From Legionellales bacterium (lineage in GTDB: Bacteria; Pseudomonadota; Gammaproteobacteria; UBA1113), in contig PAPY01000032.1 of NCBI GenBank assembly GCA_002709565.1, forward strand, positions 20,465 through 84,464: a stretch of DNA of 64,000 nucleotides, given 5' to 3'. The translations under genes were made by a program, and so were the position numbers. The notes under the pieces were generated by a model. That model was given only the letters and a program-made list of their open reading frames with translations. It searched no databases and was not told the origin of the DNA. Positions 34,595 to 46,050 of this stretch are shown here, piece by piece. Every line of letters starts with the position of its first letter. The first letter of the stretch is position 1.

Positions 34595-37411
34595 ATGAGT
34601 GATAACAATGACATGCAAGCCGATTGGCAATCATCGTTTTTATTCGGTGGTAATGCGTCTTATTTAGAAGAATTGTACGAAGCCTATCTACGAGATCCTA
34701 ATTCAGTGGGCCAAGAGTGGCGTGAACGTTTTGACAGTTTACCGGGTTCTGCCAGTGGCGAGCCATCCACAGCCGCTATTCGTGAGTATTTTTTGCAACT
34801 GGTTAAACAACCCAAAACGGCAGTTGTGAACGCTGGTGATTCTATGCAAGCAACCAAGCAAGCTCATGTGTCATCACTCATCAATGCATACCGCAGTCAT
34901 GGTCACCATGAGGCAAATCTCGACCCCTTAAATCTCGCTGAACGTCGAACAGTAGCGGATTTGAGCTTGTCTCATCATCAACTAGACAGTACGGATGGCG
35001 ACAAAGAATTTGCAACTAACTCGTTTAAAGCCATTCCCTCAGGACGCGCGAAATTAAACGAAATTGTGGCAGCCCTTAAAGCAACTTACAGCGGTACCAT
35101 GGGTATCGAATATATGCATATAACTGACCCAGAGCAACGGGCTTGGATCCAAGACTATCTTGAAACCCGTTGTGGTGAGCCCGGTTTTAGTGCGGATGAA
35201 AAGAAACAAATCCTCAAAGATTTAACGGGCGCCGAAGGCTTAGCAAAATACTTAGGAAGCCGTTATGTTGGCCAAAAGCGTTTCGGTATTGAAGGGGGCG
35301 AAAGCTTGCTCCCTATGCTGCAAGATATGGTGCAGCGATCGGGTAATAGCGGTGTTAAAGAATTCGTTATCGGCATGGCTCATCGCGGTCGTTTGAATGT
35401 ATTAGTCAATGTCTTAGGTAAAGCACCAGGTCTGTTATTCGAAGAGTTTGAAGGCAAACTTGTCGCCCAAGATCGCTCCGGTGATGTCAAATACCATTTA
35501 GGCTTTTCTTCGGACGTCAAAACCGCTGGTGGCGTGGTGCATTTAACCCTCGGTTTTAATCCCTCACACCTTGAAATTATTTCTCCTGTGATTGAGGGAT
35601 CTGTCCGTGCGCGCCAAGACCGCCGTGGCGGCATGGAGGTTCGCAATCAGGTGTTGCCGGTGGTTATTCACGGTGATGCTGCAGTGGCAGGCCAAGGGGT
35701 AGTAATGGAAACCTTAAACATGTCCCAAGCTCGTGGTTACTGCACTGCTGGAACGGTACATATCGTCATCAATAATCAAATTGGTTTTACTACCAGTAAT
35801 CCTTTGGATTCTCGTTCTACCTTGTATTGCACTGATGTCATGAAAATTGTACAAGCGCCAGTTATCCATGTTAACGGCGATGATCCTGAAGCTGTCGTAC
35901 TAGCAGGCCGACTTGCGTTTGACTTCCGTCAACGATTCAAAAAAGACGTTGTTATTGATTTGGTGTGTTACCGCCGTCATGGCCATAATGAAGCGGACGA
36001 GCCATCGGGTACGCAACCTATTATGTATCGCACCATTAAATCCCATCCAACAACATTGAAGATTTATGGTGATAAGCTGATTGCCGATAACATCATTAGC
36101 CAAGCTGATGTCAAAGCCATGGTGGATGATTATCGCAATGCGCTTGATCAAGGCGCTGAAGTTGTCGCGCTCGAAAAAAATGTCCCCTACAACGAATACT
36201 TAGTGGACTGGTCACCGTTTTTGTCATCAGACTTAGCGGTTGATGTTGATACGACTATTCCCATGGATACGTTAATGTCTCTTGGGAAATCAATCACGAC
36301 CATTCCACAGAGCTTTGCTTTACAAGCCCAAGTTGCTAAAGAATATGAAAACCGCCGCAAAATGTTAAATGGTGAAATGCCGGTGTTTTGGGGTATGGCG
36401 GAGGCGTTGGCCTATGCTAGTTTGGTTGATGTGGGTAATCATTTACGCCTCTCAGGTCAAGACAGTGGTCGGGGAACTTTCTCCCATCGTCACGCGGTGT
36501 TACATAATCATGATGATGGTACTTTGTATGTGCCACTGCAACATGTTTCTGCTAATCAAGGCAACTGTACCATTATAGATTCTGTGTTATCCGAAGAAGC
36601 AGTGTTAGCGTTCGAGTACGGTTACTCGACGGCTGAGCCTAATGCATTAGTGATTTGGGAAGCCCAGTTTGGTGATTTTGTGAATGGCGCCCAAGTGGTT
36701 ATTGATCAGTTTATTTCTTCAGGTGAACAAAAGTGGGGCCGACTGTGCGGTTTGGTGATGTTCTTGCCCCACGGCTACGAAGGTATGGGGCCTGAGCATT
36801 CATCGGCGCGGCTTGAGCGTTTCTTGCAGTTATGTGCGGAATACAATATGCGTGTTTGTATGCCTACCACACCAGCCCAGTGTTTCCATATGTTACGCCG
36901 GCAAATGTTACAACGGGTACGTAAACCCCTGATCGTGATGACGCCGAAGAGTTTGCTCCGTAACAAACTTGCCGTATCAACCATGGAAGAGTTAGCGAAT
37001 GGCCAGTTCCATTTGGTCTTACCTGAAATCGATAATATCGTTCCGCACAAAATCACCCGTGTGATTTGTTGTAGCGGTAAAGTTTATTATGACGTGTTAC
37101 AGCAACGGCGCGATAGTGGCAGGGAAGATGTTGCGATTATTCGTGCTGAGCAACTGTATCCATTCCCTGAGGATGAGATAAAACAGCAATTGGCACTTTA
37201 TCCCAATGCCAAAGATATTGTCTGGTGCCAGGAAGAGCCGAAGAATCAAGGTGCGTGGTATTCAAGCCAACACCATTTACGGGCCTGCTTACAAGTAGGA
37301 CAAGAATTACATTACGCTGGACGAGCAGCCTCTGCTGCACCTGCGGCGGGTCATTTATCATTACATCAAGAGCAACAGACGGCCCTCGTCAAACAAGCCC
37401 TTGGTAATTAA
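34595..37411 (+). CDS. sucA: 2-oxoglutarate dehydrogenase E1 component
   Basis: 938 aa, 'GMAHRGRLNVL', 'HGDAA..GQG', TPP-binding regions. Confidence 0.95.
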   Translation: MSDNNDMQADWQSSFLFGGNASYLEELYEAYLRDPNSVGQEWRERFDSLPGSASGEPSTAAIREYFLQLVKQPKTAVVNAGDSMQATKQAHVSSLINAYRSHGHHEANLDPLNLAERRTVADLSLSHHQLDSTDGDKEFATNSFKAIPSGRAKLNEIVAALKATYSGTMGIEYMHITDPEQRAWIQDYLETRCGEPGFSADEKKQILKDLTGAEGLAKYLGSRYVGQKRFGIEGGESLLPMLQDMVQRSGNSGVKEFVIGMAHRGRLNVLVNVLGKAPGLLFEEFEGKLVAQDRSGDVKYHLGFSSDVKTAGGVVHLTLGFNPSHLEIISPVIEGSVRARQDRRGGMEVRNQVLPVVIHGDAAVAGQGVVMETLNMSQARGYCTAGTVHIVINNQIGFTTSNPLDSRSTLYCTDVMKIVQAPVIHVNGDDPEAVVLAGRLAFDFRQRFKKDVVIDLVCYRRHGHNEADEPSGTQPIMYRTIKSHPTTLKIYGDKLIADNIISQADVKAMVDDYRNALDQGAEVVALEKNVPYNEYLVDWSPFLSSDLAVDVDTTIPMDTLMSLGKSITTIPQSFALQAQVAKEYENRRKMLNGEMPVFWGMAEALAYASLVDVGNHLRLSGQDSGRGTFSHRHAVLHNHDDGTLYVPLQHVSANQGNCTIIDSVLSEEAVLAFEYGYSTAEPNALVIWEAQFGDFVNGAQVVIDQFISSGEQKWGRLCGLVMFLPHGYEGMGPEHSSARLERFLQLCAEYNMRVCMPTTPAQCFHMLRRQMLQRVRKPLIVMTPKSLLRNKLAVSTMEELANGQFHLVLPEIDNIVPHKITRVICCSGKVYYDVLQQRRDSGREDVAIIRAEQLYPFPEDEIKQQLALYPNAKDIVWCQEEPKNQGAWYSSQHHLRACLQVGQELHYAGRAASAAPAAGHLSLHQEQQTALVKQALGN

Positions 37412-37433
37412 CAATTAAATAGAGGAAAACAAT

Positions 37434-38684
37434 ATGTCAATAGAAGTTAAAGTTCCTGTCTTGCCCGAGTCAGTCGCTGATGCGACAGTGGTAACCTGGC
37501 ACAAAAAAGTCGGCGACAGTGTACAACGGGATGAAAACCTTGTTGATCTTGAAACCGACAAAGTGGTCCTTGAAGTGCCAGCACCTGAAGATGGGGTTAT
37601 CCAAGAAATTCTACATACGGAAGGTGCAACCGTGGTTGCAGACACGTTGTTAGCGCGGATTGAGGCTGGTGCGGTAGCAAAACCTGCAGCACAACCAACA
37701 GAGCAAGCTGCAAGTGGTGGCAGTAAAGCCGCTGTGGTTGAGGTAACAACTCAGCAAGTAGCTAAACCAACCACGCCGAGTGCACCAAAAGACATTAATG
37801 CAAGCCCTGCGGTACGCCGCTTAATCTCCGAGAAGGGCATAGATCCTGCCTCTATTACTGGAACTGGTAAGGAAGGGCGAATCAGTAAAGAAGACGTGAT
37901 GCGTGCTATGAGTGGAGCGCCAGCACCTCAACCCGAAGCCCCTCGGCAACCCGTAGCACCTGCTGTTGATATGCCGGTGGGTGAGCGTACGGAGAAGCGC
38001 GTACCGATGTCACGTTTACGTGCCAGAGTTGCGGAGCGCTTGTTGGATGCACAACATAATGCGGCGATTCTAACAACTTTTAACGAAATTAATATGAAGC
38101 CCGTGATGGACTTACGTAAGCGTTACAAGGATCAATTCGAAAAAGCCCATGGGGTGCGTCTTGGCTTTATGTCATTCTTCACTAAAGCTGTGATCGAAGC
38201 CTTGAAACGCTTCCCTGACGTGAATGCCTCAATCGATGGCGATGACTTGGTTTACCATGGTTATTTTGATATTGGTATTGCAGTTTCATCACCCAGAGGT
38301 TTAGTGGTGCCGGTATTACGAAATGCCGAGAATAAAAGTTTTGCGGATATTGAGCGAGCAATTGGTGATTATGCCACCAAAGCTCGGGATGGCAAGTTAA
38401 CCGTTGAGGAAATGACAGGAGGAACCTTCACTATCACCAATGGTGGTGTGTTCGGTTCATTATTGTCAACGCCAATTATCAATCCCCCACAAAGTGGGAT
38501 CTTAGGGATGCATAAAATCGAAGAGCGAGCTATCGTCGAAAATGGCGAAGTAGTGGTTCGTCCAATGATGTATGTTGCCCTCTCATATGACCATCGGATC
38601 ATTGATGGTCGTCAATCTGTTGGCTTCCTAGTAACGATCAAGGAGTTACTGGAAGATCCCGCACGCCTATTACTGGATGTATAG
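37434..38684 (+). CDS. sucB: Dihydrolipoyllysine-residue succinyltransferase (E2)
   Basis: Lipoyl domain '[13 protein letters not shown]', catalytic 'DHRIIDG'. Confidence 0.95.
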   Translation: MSIEVKVPVLPESVADATVVTWHKKVGDSVQRDENLVDLETDKVVLEVPAPEDGVIQEILHTEGATVVADTLLARIEAGAVAKPAAQPTEQAASGGSKAAVVEVTTQQVAKPTTPSAPKDINASPAVRRLISEKGIDPASITGTGKEGRISKEDVMRAMSGAPAPQPEAPRQPVAPAVDMPVGERTEKRVPMSRLRARVAERLLDAQHNAAILTTFNEINMKPVMDLRKRYKDQFEKAHGVRLGFMSFFTKAVIEALKRFPDVNASIDGDDLVYHGYFDIGIAVSSPRGLVVPVLRNAENKSFADIERAIGDYATKARDGKLTVEEMTGGTFTITNGGVFGSLLSTPIINPPQSGILGMHKIEERAIVENGEVVVRPMMYVALSYDHRIIDGRQSVGFLVTIKELLEDPARLLLDV

Positions 38685-38783
38685 TCTGTGCAACCAATAC
38701 ATTAATTAACAACAGGGGAACCGTAGAAATGGACTGTTAGCCATTGCTACGGTTTGCCATGGAATAACGTTTAGGAAACTAAA

Positions 38784-39950
38784 ATGAATTTACATGAATA
38801 TCAAGCAAAAGCACTGTTTCGACAGTACAATATTGCCGTCCCTAATGGGGAAGTTGCCTCTAACACTGAAGAAGCGTTAGCAGCAGCAACCAATATTGGT
38901 GGCGATCGTTGGGTGGTCAAAGCTCAAGTCCATGCCGGTGGCCGCGGTAAAGCGGGTGGCGTCAAAATCGTCTCCAACAAAGAAGACTTAAAACAAGCCG
39001 TACAATCCATGATTGGTACGCGTTTGGTGACTTACCAGACAGACGAAAATGGCCAACCTGTACACCAAGTATTGGTTGAAGCGCCATCAGATATTGCCCA
39101 AGAATTGTATTTGGGTGCTGTGATTGACAGAGCGTGCCAACGCATTGTCTTCATGGCCTCTACAGAAGGTGGCGTTGAAATCGAAAAAGTTGCTGAAGAG
39201 ACCCCAGAGAAAATCCTCACTATTGAAGTCGATCCACTCGTTGGTGTGCAGCCGTTTCAATGTCGTGAATTAGCGTTTGGTTTAGGCCTGAATAAAGATC
39301 AAACCCGACAATTCAGCACCATTCTCACGGGCTTGAGTCGAATGTTTCAAGAGCGGGATTTTAGTTTGCTGGAAATCAATCCATTAATCATTACTGGCAG
39401 TGGTGATTTGCTCTGTTTAGATGGCAAAATCAACATCGATGCCAATGCTTTGTATCGTCAAGCGGAACTTCGTACCATGCGTGATACGACGCAAGAAGAC
39501 GAACGAGAAAATCGCGCCCATGATTGGGAATTAAATTACATTGCCTTAGACGGTGATATCGGTTGTATGGTCAATGGCGCAGGTCTTGCGATGGCAACCA
39601 TGGATTTAATCAAATTACACGGCGGTAATCCAGCGAACTTCCTTGACGTGGGTGGTGGCGCAACAAAAGAGCGCGTGACAGAAGCCTTTAAAATCATTTT
39701 GTCGGATGACAAGGTCAAAGGCATACTTATTAATATCTTTGGTGGAATTGTCCGTTGTGACATGATTGCTGAAGGTATCATGAGTGCGGTCGCTGAAGTC
39801 GGTATTAACCTTCCTGTCGTCGTTCGTCTCGAAGGTAACAATGCTGATATCGCATCAAAAATGTTAGCGGACAGCGGTTTAAATATTATTGCCGCCCAAG
39901 GTTTTGATAACGCTGCTGAACAAATCGTTGCAGCTGTGAAGAGAGGTTAA
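38784..39950 (+). CDS. sucC: Succinyl-CoA synthetase beta subunit
   Basis: 'MNLHEYQAK', ATP-grasp. Confidence 0.95.
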   Translation: MNLHEYQAKALFRQYNIAVPNGEVASNTEEALAAATNIGGDRWVVKAQVHAGGRGKAGGVKIVSNKEDLKQAVQSMIGTRLVTYQTDENGQPVHQVLVEAPSDIAQELYLGAVIDRACQRIVFMASTEGGVEIEKVAEETPEKILTIEVDPLVGVQPFQCRELAFGLGLNKDQTRQFSTILTGLSRMFQERDFSLLEINPLIITGSGDLLCLDGKINIDANALYRQAELRTMRDTTQEDERENRAHDWELNYIALDGDIGCMVNGAGLAMATMDLIKLHGGNPANFLDVGGGATKERVTEAFKIILSDDKVKGILINIFGGIVRCDMIAEGIMSAVAEVGINLPVVVRLEGNNADIASKMLADSGLNIIAAQGFDNAAEQIVAAVKRG

Positions 39951-39951
39951 T

Positions 39952-40836
39952 ATGAGCGTTTTAATTAATAAAGATACTAAAGTCATTTGCCAAGGCTTCA
40001 CGGGTAACCAAGGTACTTTGCATTCTCAGCAAGCCATTGATTACGGTACGCAGATGGTAGGTGGTGTTACTCCAAACAAAGGTGGTTCCGAGCATTTAGG
40101 TTTGCCAGTGTTTAACACGGTTAAAGAAGCTGTGAACGAAACCGGCGCTGATGCGACAGTGATTTACGTGCCTGCGCCATTCTGCAAAGACTCTATCATT
40201 GAAGCAGCTGATGCTGGCATCAAATTGATTGTTTGTATCACAGAAGGTATTCCTACTTTAGATATGCTGGATGTCAAAGCTTATCTTGACGCGAATACCG
40301 AAGCACGTTTAATCGGCCCTAACTGTCCTGGTGTTATTACTCCAGGTGAATGTAAAATCGGCATCATGCCAGGTCATATTCATATGGCGGGTAAAGTCGG
40401 TATCGTGTCACGTTCCGGGACATTGACGTATGAAGCTGTTGCCCAAACCACAGAACTTGGCTACGGTCAAAGTACTTGTGTGGGTATTGGTGGTGACCCA
40501 ATTCCAGGTACTAACTTCATTGATGTGCTTGCTATGTTCCAAGATGATCCGCAAACGGAAGCTATTGTCATGGTCGGTGAAATTGGCGGTAGTGCAGAAG
40601 AAGAAGCTGCTGAATTCATCAAATCAAATGTAACGAAGCCTGTGGTGTCTTATATCGCTGGTGTCACTGCACCTCCAGGTAAACGCATGGGCCACGCTGG
40701 CGCCATCATTGCTGGCGGTAAAGGTACTGCCGCGGAAAAATTCGCAGCCCTTGAAAGTGCGGGTGTACATACAGTACGTAATCCGGCGCAGATTGGGCGG
40801 GCTGTTGCAGAGGCAACCGGCTGGATCGGTTTTTAG
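39952..40836 (+). CDS. sucD: Succinyl-CoA synthetase alpha subunit
   Basis: 'SRSGTLTYE', 'GHAGAII'. Confidence 0.95.
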   Translation: MSVLINKDTKVICQGFTGNQGTLHSQQAIDYGTQMVGGVTPNKGGSEHLGLPVFNTVKEAVNETGADATVIYVPAPFCKDSIIEAADAGIKLIVCITEGIPTLDMLDVKAYLDANTEARLIGPNCPGVITPGECKIGIMPGHIHMAGKVGIVSRSGTLTYEAVAQTTELGYGQSTCVGIGGDPIPGTNFIDVLAMFQDDPQTEAIVMVGEIGGSAEEEAAEFIKSNVTKPVVSYIAGVTAPPGKRMGHAGAIIAGGKGTAAEKFAALESAGVHTVRNPAQIGRAVAEATGWIGF

Positions 40837-41015
40837 AGCTTCAGCTTTTTGCCCAGGTCTTCGTTGAGTAACTCGCTGCGCTGCTTATTTATTGCATATA
40901 AACGCCGCTGCTCGCTCGTTACTCGCCTCGACCTGGACAAAAATCCTCGCTCTAAACGCGAAAGGTAAGTTTTAAGGGAGAAGTTTCGGTTTTTCCCTTA
41001 AATACAAGTGTGAAT

Positions 41016-41657
41016 TTACTTCGCGCGCAGTGTATTATGAATTGCCCCACGTTCGTGCAAAAACGCTGCAATCCCTTCGGCCATTGCCTGGTAGCCAGCA
41101 GCATTCAAATGTGCCGCGTCTGATTTATACTGAGGGCTTTTGAGCAAGTCGGATAATAAGTCTTTTTCGAGTGGTACATTATAAAATTCAGCCACTTCAT
41201 CATACAGTTCCGGTACACTAAGGGCGATATTGGGTTGGGGAGCGGCGATCAATACTACCGGCACACCGGCATCTTTGGCTATTTGTAACATTTGTGCGAG
41301 ATTGGCTTTGATTTGTTGGGCGGATACTTTTTGTAACATGTCATTGCCGCCTAAACCGAGTAATAATAATTGCGGATGATATTGTCCAAGCGCAGTAGGC
41401 AAGCGCTCGAGACCTTCGGCGGTAGTCTCACCATTGAGACCAGCATTAATGACTTTATACCCGGTTAGCTTTTGCAGTAGGGCAGGATAACTTTGATCGA
41501 GGGTGGCACCTTTGCCGCGGGTGAGACTGTCACCAAAGGCTAAGATAGTCGCGTCTTTGGGGAGAGGCTTTAATGCGGGTTGGCTATCACCCATGAACCA
41601 ATAAGCAACAACAACAAGGCAGATAATCAGGGCAATGATAGTGAAGTTCCGTTTCAT
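41016..41657 (-). CDS. GDSL-family lipase/arylesterase (TesA-like), secreted
   Basis: Signal peptide then 'ILAFGDSLT', 'GGND' block. Confidence 0.75.
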   Translation of the reverse strand: MKRNFTIIALIICLVVVAYWFMGDSQPALKPLPKDATILAFGDSLTRGKGATLDQSYPALLQKLTGYKVINAGLNGETTAEGLERLPTALGQYHPQLLLLGLGGNDMLQKVSAQQIKANLAQMLQIAKDAGVPVVLIAAPQPNIALSVPELYDEVAEFYNVPLEKDLLSDLLKSPQYKSDAAHLNAAGYQAMAEGIAAFLHERGAIHNTLRAK

Positions 41658-41666
41658 GGTAGCTCC

Positions 41667-41936
41667 TTAACTGTTGTTGGTTACCACTATTCGCAATGCA
41701 TGAATATCATCGGGCATCATCGTATCCAAGGCATCATACACTAAACGATGTTGCTGAATGCGTGATTTGCCAGTAAATGCGTTGCTCGCAATTTCAATAG
41801 TAAAATGTCCTGCACCGCTTTGGGCACCGGCATGACCAACATGCAAATGACTATCATCAATGACGTTGAGTTCGCTGGGTGTAAGTGCATCATTTAGCAG
41901 TTTTGATATTTGTTCGATACGCTGTTGGTTATCCAT
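41667..41936 (-). CDS. BolA-family protein (start at 'MDNQQRIEQ')
   Basis: 'HVGHAGAQSGAGHFTIEIASNAFTGKSRIQQHRLVYDAL'. Confidence 0.7.
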   Translation of the reverse strand: MDNQQRIEQISKLLNDALTPSELNVIDDSHLHVGHAGAQSGAGHFTIEIASNAFTGKSRIQQHRLVYDALDTMMPDDIHALRIVVTNNS

Positions 41937-42489
41937 CGTTGTGCTTCGCTTCTTTGTCCGCTTTGATGTAGGGGAATAGGTAGATGGTCTGCACCACGGC
42001 AAATAGCAAGGTTAGCCCTAAGCCACCAAAGACTTTAAAGTTTACCCATACGTCTGTAGGGAAATTATAAGCAAAATATATATTCACAAACCCCATGACG
42101 ACAAAAAAGCCGATCCACATAAGGCTGAGTCTTATCCATATCTTGCGGGGGAGCTGTAGCTCATGTTCCAACGCACTTTGGATGATAGGTTTTTTGAAAA
42201 TAAACTGGCTTGCGAACATCAGTATGGCAATGGCCCAGTACATGGCTGTGGGTTTCCATTTGATGAGGGTTTCATTTTGGAACAATAAGGCAATACCACC
42301 CATACCAATGGCGAGTCCAGCCGTGATCAACAAGATCCGGTCAAAGCGGCGGTATTTAAACCAATATAGGGCTAATTGCAGGACAGAAACGATAATAACC
42401 GCACCGGTGGCATAGAACAGGCTGCCATCAAAATATTTAAACGCTGCGAAAAAAACGATAAGTGGAAATAAGTCAAAAACTGGCTTCAT
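41929..42489 (-). CDS. yciB: Intracellular septation protein A (YciB/IspZ)
   Basis: 5-TM 186-aa protein, conserved N-terminal 'FDLFPLIVFF'. Confidence 0.8.
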   Translation of the reverse strand: MKPVFDLFPLIVFFAAFKYFDGSLFYATGAVIIVSVLQLALYWFKYRRFDRILLITAGLAIGMGGIALLFQNETLIKWKPTAMYWAIAILMFASQFIFKKPIIQSALEHELQLPRKIWIRLSLMWIGFFVVMGFVNIYFAYNFPTDVWVNFKVFGGLGLTLLFAVVQTIYLFPYIKADKEAKHNDG

Positions 42490-42700
42490 GGACGTGTTTA
42501 GGCCTCATACTGTGAAACAATTGTACGATACTACCACATCCAGCAAGGAGCGGGAACTGAGCCAAGCTGTTTTTGCCATGTATTTGAATATCAGTCCTGC
42601 CATGGTGCGTAGTCTAGAGCAAGGTAAACGTCAGGCCAGTGGTGTGCTCTTAAAATTACTCAATATCGTTGATCATCAAGGTATAGCGATACTGGTCTAA
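42488..42700 (+). CDS. Small XRE-type HTH protein (antitoxin-like, possibly N-terminally truncated/mis-started)
   Basis: 'ELSQAVFAMYLNISPAMVRSLEQGKRQASGVLLKLL' HTH_XRE pattern; no partner toxin ORF seen. Confidence 0.35.
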   Translation: MDVFRPHTVKQLYDTTTSSKERELSQAVFAMYLNISPAMVRSLEQGKRQASGVLLKLLNIVDHQGIAILV

Positions 42701-42815
42701 AGGTATTAATCCCATGGCGTTCGATGGGGTTAGTCATCTAGGTTCGAAGATATGGTCATGGCTGTGTGTTATTGCTACACTTAGCCTTTTCAGGGAAGAC
42801 AGTAACAGCAGGCCA

Positions 42816-43436
42816 ATGAGTCAATTTTTCCAAATCCATCCAGACAATCCCCAGGCGCGGTTGATAGAACAAGCGGCAGAGGTTATTCATCGCGGTGGCG
42901 TCATCGCCTACCCAACGGATTCTACCTATGCTTTGGGTTGCCATATGGGGGATAAGCAGGCTGTGGAGCGCTTGCGCAAAGTCCGCCAACTGGATGATAA
43001 GCACCCATTAACCTTGATGTGTCGCGATTTACGGGATTTGGGCACCTATGCCCGGGTCAGTAACAGCGCCTATCGGATGTTGAAGAGCCTAACCCCAGGA
43101 CCATTTACCTTCCTCCTCCAAGCAACCAAGGAAGTGCCTCGCAGAGTCTTACAGCCGAAGAAAAAGACTATCGGTATCCGTGTACCTAGCAATCCGGTTT
43201 CCCAGGCCTTATTAGCAGAGCTTGGCGAGCCTATGATCAGCACGACTCTGCAGCTACCTGGCGATGAGTATCCAATGCTCGATCCCTATGAAATCCGGGA
43301 TTGCCTTCAGCATCAGCTTGATTTGGTTATCGATGGCGGCTATTCTGGTTTAGAATTAACCACAGTCATTGATCTCAGCGATGACTATCCTGAATTGCTG
43401 AGGGAAGGACTAGGTGATGCTAGCGGGTACTTTTAA
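42816..43436 (+). CDS. YrdC/Sua5-domain protein (YciO/TsaC family); ORF-track start 42714 over-extended
   Basis: 'VIAYPTDSTYALGC', 'KHPLTLM', 'ISTTLQLPGDE'. Confidence 0.75.
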   Translation: MSQFFQIHPDNPQARLIEQAAEVIHRGGVIAYPTDSTYALGCHMGDKQAVERLRKVRQLDDKHPLTLMCRDLRDLGTYARVSNSAYRMLKSLTPGPFTFLLQATKEVPRRVLQPKKKTIGIRVPSNPVSQALLAELGEPMISTTLQLPGDEYPMLDPYEIRDCLQHQLDLVIDGGYSGLELTTVIDLSDDYPELLREGLGDASGYF

Positions 43437-43487
43437 GGGGTGAATTCATCCTCGAATTGCGTTAAAATAACCCGTTTATGGCGCTAA

Positions 43488-44348
43488 ATGGCGGAATTTT
43501 CAGTGAATGATGTAGTTGAGGAAGAAATAACAACAGTCGAAGAGGGCGTGGAAGCCATTATGCAGGACCAGAGCGATGTCGATAAAATCGCCGTGGTTCA
43601 GGGCCAAAGCCTCTTTCAGCTCCCCGATGATCTCTATATCCCCCCGGATGCCTTGGAAGTCTTCCTAGAGGCATTTGAAGGGCCATTGGATCTGTTGCTC
43701 TACCTGATCAAACGGCAAAATCTCGATGTCTTGGATATCCCTATTGCCGAGATCACCCGCCAATACATGGAATATGTCGACCTCATGAAGGAGCTGCGCC
43801 TGGAGTTGGCAGCTGAATATTTGGTCATGGCTGCCAGTCTCGCTGAAATCAAATCTCGCATGCTCTTGCCACGGCCCGAGGCTGATGAAGACGATGAACA
43901 TGACCCACGGGCTGAGCTTATTCGCCGTTTACAAGAATACGAACGTTTCAAGAAGGCAGCCCAGGATATTGATGAGCTTGAACGCCTGGAGCGGGATAAT
44001 TTTATCGCTTATGCTGAGCCGCCGCCTATGGATAAGGTAAAGCCATTGCCGGAGACGGATTTGCGCGAATTATTAATGTCATTAAAAGACGTGTTACGAC
44101 GCACAGAATTACAAACCAGCCACCATATCCAAAAAGAAGCGCTGTCATTACGAGAACGGATGAGCAATGTACTCGCTACAGTGAATGAGCGAGGTTATTG
44201 TGAATTTAGCCAGTTATTTTCTATCGAAGAAGGGCGTGCAGGTGTGGTGGTGACTTTTAGTGCCATCCTCGAATTGCTTAAACAAGCCACTATCGAAATT
44301 ATCCAAAATGAACCCTATAGTCCAATCCACATTAAGGCAGTAAGCTAA
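43488..44348 (+). CDS. scpA: Segregation and condensation protein A
   Basis: 'LLYLIKRQNLDVLDIPIAEIT'. Confidence 0.85.
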   Translation: MAEFSVNDVVEEEITTVEEGVEAIMQDQSDVDKIAVVQGQSLFQLPDDLYIPPDALEVFLEAFEGPLDLLLYLIKRQNLDVLDIPIAEITRQYMEYVDLMKELRLELAAEYLVMAASLAEIKSRMLLPRPEADEDDEHDPRAELIRRLQEYERFKKAAQDIDELERLERDNFIAYAEPPPMDKVKPLPETDLRELLMSLKDVLRRTELQTSHHIQKEALSLRERMSNVLATVNERGYCEFSQLFSIEEGRAGVVVTFSAILELLKQATIEIIQNEPYSPIHIKAVS

Positions 44349-45238
44349 TGGCAGTAGATAATGATCAATTAAAACAAATCATCGAAGGTGCGGTTTATGC
44401 GGCAGGTGAGCCTGTGACCATCGACCGTATCAAACAATTATTTCCTGAGAACGAGGTTCCAGAGACACAAGCTATCAAAGATGCAGTAGCAAGCTTGCAA
44501 GACGATTATCAAGATCGCGGTTTAGCATTAAAAGAAATCGCTAGCGGCTATCGCTTCCAGGTGCGGGAATCATTGAGCCCCTGGTTGATTAAACTCTGGG
44601 AAGAGCGGGCACCCCGTTTTTCACGGGCAGTGCTTGAGACTTTGGCCTTGATTGCTTATCGCCAACCGGTAACGCGGGCTGAGATTGAAGAAGTCCGTGG
44701 TGTGACGGTGAGTAGTCATATTGTTAAGTCTTTATTGGAACGGGAATGGATCCGGGTCTTGGGACACCGTGATGTGCCTGGGCGCCCAGCATTGCTTGGC
44801 ACCACCAAAGAATTTCTTGATTATTTTAACTTGAAGAGCTTGGATGAATTGCCACCGCTAGATGAGTTGCAAGATCTCGAAAAAATTGGCGAACAGTTTG
44901 AATTACAAATGGATCAAACTGAAAGTGATACTGCTGCTACAGCGAGTGTGGACGCCGAAACTGCCAATGCTGCAGATATCGATGCTAATGCTGATGAAGA
45001 CACAGAACATGCCGATGATTGCGACGAGGTGACTGCCGAAATCGTAGATAATGATGACATCGAGACAGATGAAGAAATAACGGCTGAGGATCATGAGACT
45101 GAACCTATGACTGAAGCTCTTGAAGAGACCCCGTCGGAATGGCTAGAAGACGTGGTTGATGTTGCTGGTGTGGAGGAAGACACGCTGGAGTCCATTGAGG
45201 AAGTAGATGCCCAGGACACAGAAGCCGAAACACTATGA
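44348..45238 (+). CDS. scpB: Segregation and condensation protein B with ~100-aa acidic C-terminal extension
   Basis: 'LETLALIAYRQPVTRAEIEEVRGV'; D/E-rich tail from ~residue 190. Confidence 0.85.
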   Translation: MAVDNDQLKQIIEGAVYAAGEPVTIDRIKQLFPENEVPETQAIKDAVASLQDDYQDRGLALKEIASGYRFQVRESLSPWLIKLWEERAPRFSRAVLETLALIAYRQPVTRAEIEEVRGVTVSSHIVKSLLEREWIRVLGHRDVPGRPALLGTTKEFLDYFNLKSLDELPPLDELQDLEKIGEQFELQMDQTESDTAATASVDAETANAADIDANADEDTEHADDCDEVTAEIVDNDDIETDEEITAEDHETEPMTEALEETPSEWLEDVVDVAGVEEDTLESIEEVDAQDTEAETL

Positions 45239-46050
45239 GTGAAAAACTCCAAAAAATCCTGGCTAATGCAGGCTTGGGATCTCGTCGTGAAATGGAAACT
45301 TGGATTGAATCCGGCCGTGTTAGTGTCAATGGTGAATTAGCCAGTCTTGGTGACCGCGCTACCCATGTGGATCAAATCCGCGTTGATGGTCGACTTATCC
45401 GTACCAAACCCCATGAACGCCAACGAACTCGGGTGATTATTTACAATAAGCCCGAAGGTGAGATCTGCTCACGAGATGATCCCGAAGGCAGGCCCACTGT
45501 TTTTGAATGTTTACCCAATATCCGTGCTGGCCGTTGGATCAGTATTGGACGTCTCGATATTAATACCAATGGTTTATTGTTATTTACCAATGATGGCGAG
45601 TTGGCAAATTTATTGATGCACCCATCTTCAGAGATTGAACGTGAATATGCTGTGCGCGTCTTGGGTGAAGTGGACAAAAAAATCTTAACCAGTTTACGCA
45701 CAGGCGTTAAGCTTGATGATGGTATGGCAGCTTTTGATGAAGTCAGCGAACGTGGCGGTGAAGGGGCAAACCAATGGTACCATGTCGTCCTAAAAGAAGG
45801 CCGTCAGCGCGAAGTACGCCGCTTATGGGAATCCCAAGGGGTGAAAGTGAGCCGCCTGATCAGAGTGCGTTTTGGCAATATTGAATTACCGCGGGAATTA
45901 CGTCGCGGCCGTTGGGAAGAATTGTCGGTTCCAGATGTGAATCGCTTAAAAAGCCTAGTTGGCCTCGTTGAGCTACCCGAAGACAAACCTAAACGTCGTC
46001 AAAGTCAGCGACGTCGAACCAGCAATAAGAGGAATCGTAGACATGATTGA
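45235..46050 (+). CDS. rluB: 23S rRNA pseudouridine2605 synthase RluB
   Basis: S4 domain + 'GRLDINTNGLLLFTNDG', K/R-rich tail. Confidence 0.85.
   Translation: MSEKLQKILANAGLGSRREMETWIESGRVSVNGELASLGDRATHVDQIRVDGRLIRTKPHERQRTRVIIYNKPEGEICSRDDPEGRPTVFECLPNIRAGRWISIGRLDINTNGLLLFTNDGELANLLMHPSSEIEREYAVRVLGEVDKKILTSLRTGVKLDDGMAAFDEVSERGGEGANQWYHVVLKEGRQREVRRLWESQGVKVSRLIRVRFGNIELPRELRRGRWEELSVPDVNRLKSLVGLVELPEDKPKRRQSQRRRTSNKRNRRHD

Noticed and set aside
42488-42700. Possible type II toxin-antitoxin pair around the small XRE-HTH ORF
   Set aside because: No adjacent small toxin-like ORF on either side (yciB upstream, yciO-like gene downstream). I retained it only as a low-confidence lone HTH protein.
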